NCBI GenBank assembly: GCA_013265495.1
Contig: MU057947.1
Location: forward strand, 568,048-632,047
Direction: 5' to 3'
DNA: 64,000 bases
Source: Vicugna vicugna
Lineage: Eukaryota
Within the stretch, counting starts at the first letter, position 1. The number at the start of each line of letters is the position of its first letter. A program made the translations under genes and the position numbers. Below the pieces are notes generated by a model. It was not told where the DNA came from and searched no databases. It saw nothing but the letters and a program-made list of their open reading frames with translations. Shown piece by piece: positions 62,689-64,000 of the stretch.

Positions 62689-64000
62689 CTTTTTCTTCAA
62701 GATATATTTGTGAGTCCCCCACCCATGAGTGAATCCCATTTAAGGAACTGATATGGGAAACTGGGCTCCTGGCTGTCACTATGGGAGATGGAACACCTCA
62801 GCAGGTGCCTGTCCTGAGACATGGAGGAGGAGGAGCCACGGCAGACGAGCAGGTCTGTCCTGACAAGCAGTAAGCCGCCCTCCCTCACTTGCCGCCTAAG
62901 ACAGACAGATTCACTCCTCTGCTTGTTTCGTAAAATATGCATTGAGAGCAACACCCGGATGCTGAATGACAAGTGCCACGCCTGGCATGTGCTGTGCTGG
63001 CCTGCCGGGGTTTCTTAGAAGCCCATTTGATTCTAATTCAGTAGGATTTTTAACCCCTGCCTTAGAAACACCTCGCTTGGGAAGTCCGCGTTGTCCCCGT
63101 TAATGTCGGTGGGGTTTCACGTGCCCAGTATCTAATGCCGTGCTTTGAGAACTGAAGCCGAGTCCTTTTTTCAAAAGCAGGATCTCACTGTCTCCACTGG
63201 AGTTTTGGAACAACTTGACATGTCCTGGAGAAGAATTACCTTTAGAGAAAGTGAGTTTGGTTGATTGAAATGACATTAATTCCACATTTCCGTGTCATCA
63301 CTCATTCACCTGACCGGCTTGCCGGATTCCCGCCTCTGTTTACAAGCATCCTCAGGCCTGATGCGCCTCCTCTCTGCACACCCAGCCACTGGCCCTCCTC
63401 GCCTGGGGAAGCAGGAAGCCCACCCTGAGGCTGACAGCTTCCTGTCATCCGCTGACGGGGGAGCGCTTGGAGCCCCCAGTGTTTCCCACGTGTGGCTAGA
63501 ACTCCCTCTGGAAACACTGGCTCCCTCTGCAGCTTGGGCACCGCTTAATGTTATCCTGGAACACTCGTCGATTCTGTGGCTGCAGCAACAGCCCTTTGCT
63601 CTCACGATTTCACGTCCTTGCTACGGAAGATCCTGGTGTAGCTGCCTCCTCGTGCCTCTGCTTGGAGCTCGGACGGCTCTTGCCCTGTGTCCCCAGCCAC
63701 GCGGAGCTGGGTTCTTGGAGGGACAGTCCAGAGGCCACGCTTGAGGGATCACACTTGTTCCTGAGACAGGAACTGGAGCCCCACAGCCTGCGTGTTAGTT
63801 CCAAGGCACCCAGCATCATTTATTTAAAGAGGAATGAAATTTTGAAGAACAGATTTCGCCCTAAAATATTCCATTGGTGGCTGCCAGAAAAGCCTTTCTG
63901 AAATAATATTAAGCTATCGGAAAAGTATTCTGGTGTTAATAGGCTGACGTATAAAAGCAGAAGTGAAAATAAAATGTCTAAACTTGAGCTAAAGTCCTAT

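Noticed and set aside
1..64000. Naming a host gene or claiming a novel multi-gene system
   Set aside because: No coding exon could be matched to a protein I recognise; any gene name would be a guess without an alignment search.

Overview
Mammalian, essentially non-coding genomic DNA. The organism is most likely a camelid (alpaca or camel): the young LINE-1 3' ends resemble cetartiodactyl/camelid L1 tails as I recall them, and I see no Alu, Bov-tA/Bov-A2 or PRE-1 SINEs. I found no confident protein-coding exon, RNA gene or CRISPR array. The only recognisable protein fragments are L1 ORF1/ORF2 remnants; the other ORFs in the track look like chance ORFs in GC-rich DNA or are artefacts of the N gap. 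The window has three components: a GC/CpG-rich background; about 25 kb of old and young transposons (L1, L2, MIR, MLT1/MLT2 LTRs, MER3/MER20/MER58/Tigger); and several repeat-free AT-rich blocks dense in homeodomain, SOX, GATA and TALE motifs that look like conserved developmental enhancers, as in a large intron or gene desert. I could not identify the host gene. The most notable observations are (1) a 115-bp templated inverted insertion inside an L1MC1, (2) a short L1 stretch with strongly AT-to-GC-biased divergence, suggesting a gene-conversion hotspot, (3) a polyadenylated non-L1 retrocopy with a candidate target-site duplication (TSD), (4) a CpG-rich enhancer-like block, (5) a candidate 9-nt microexon, and (6) a 135-bp tandem repeat running into an 874-N gap. 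I cannot support a claim of a new biological system. Repeat-family names come from recalled consensus sequences, not a database search, and most element boundaries are approximate.
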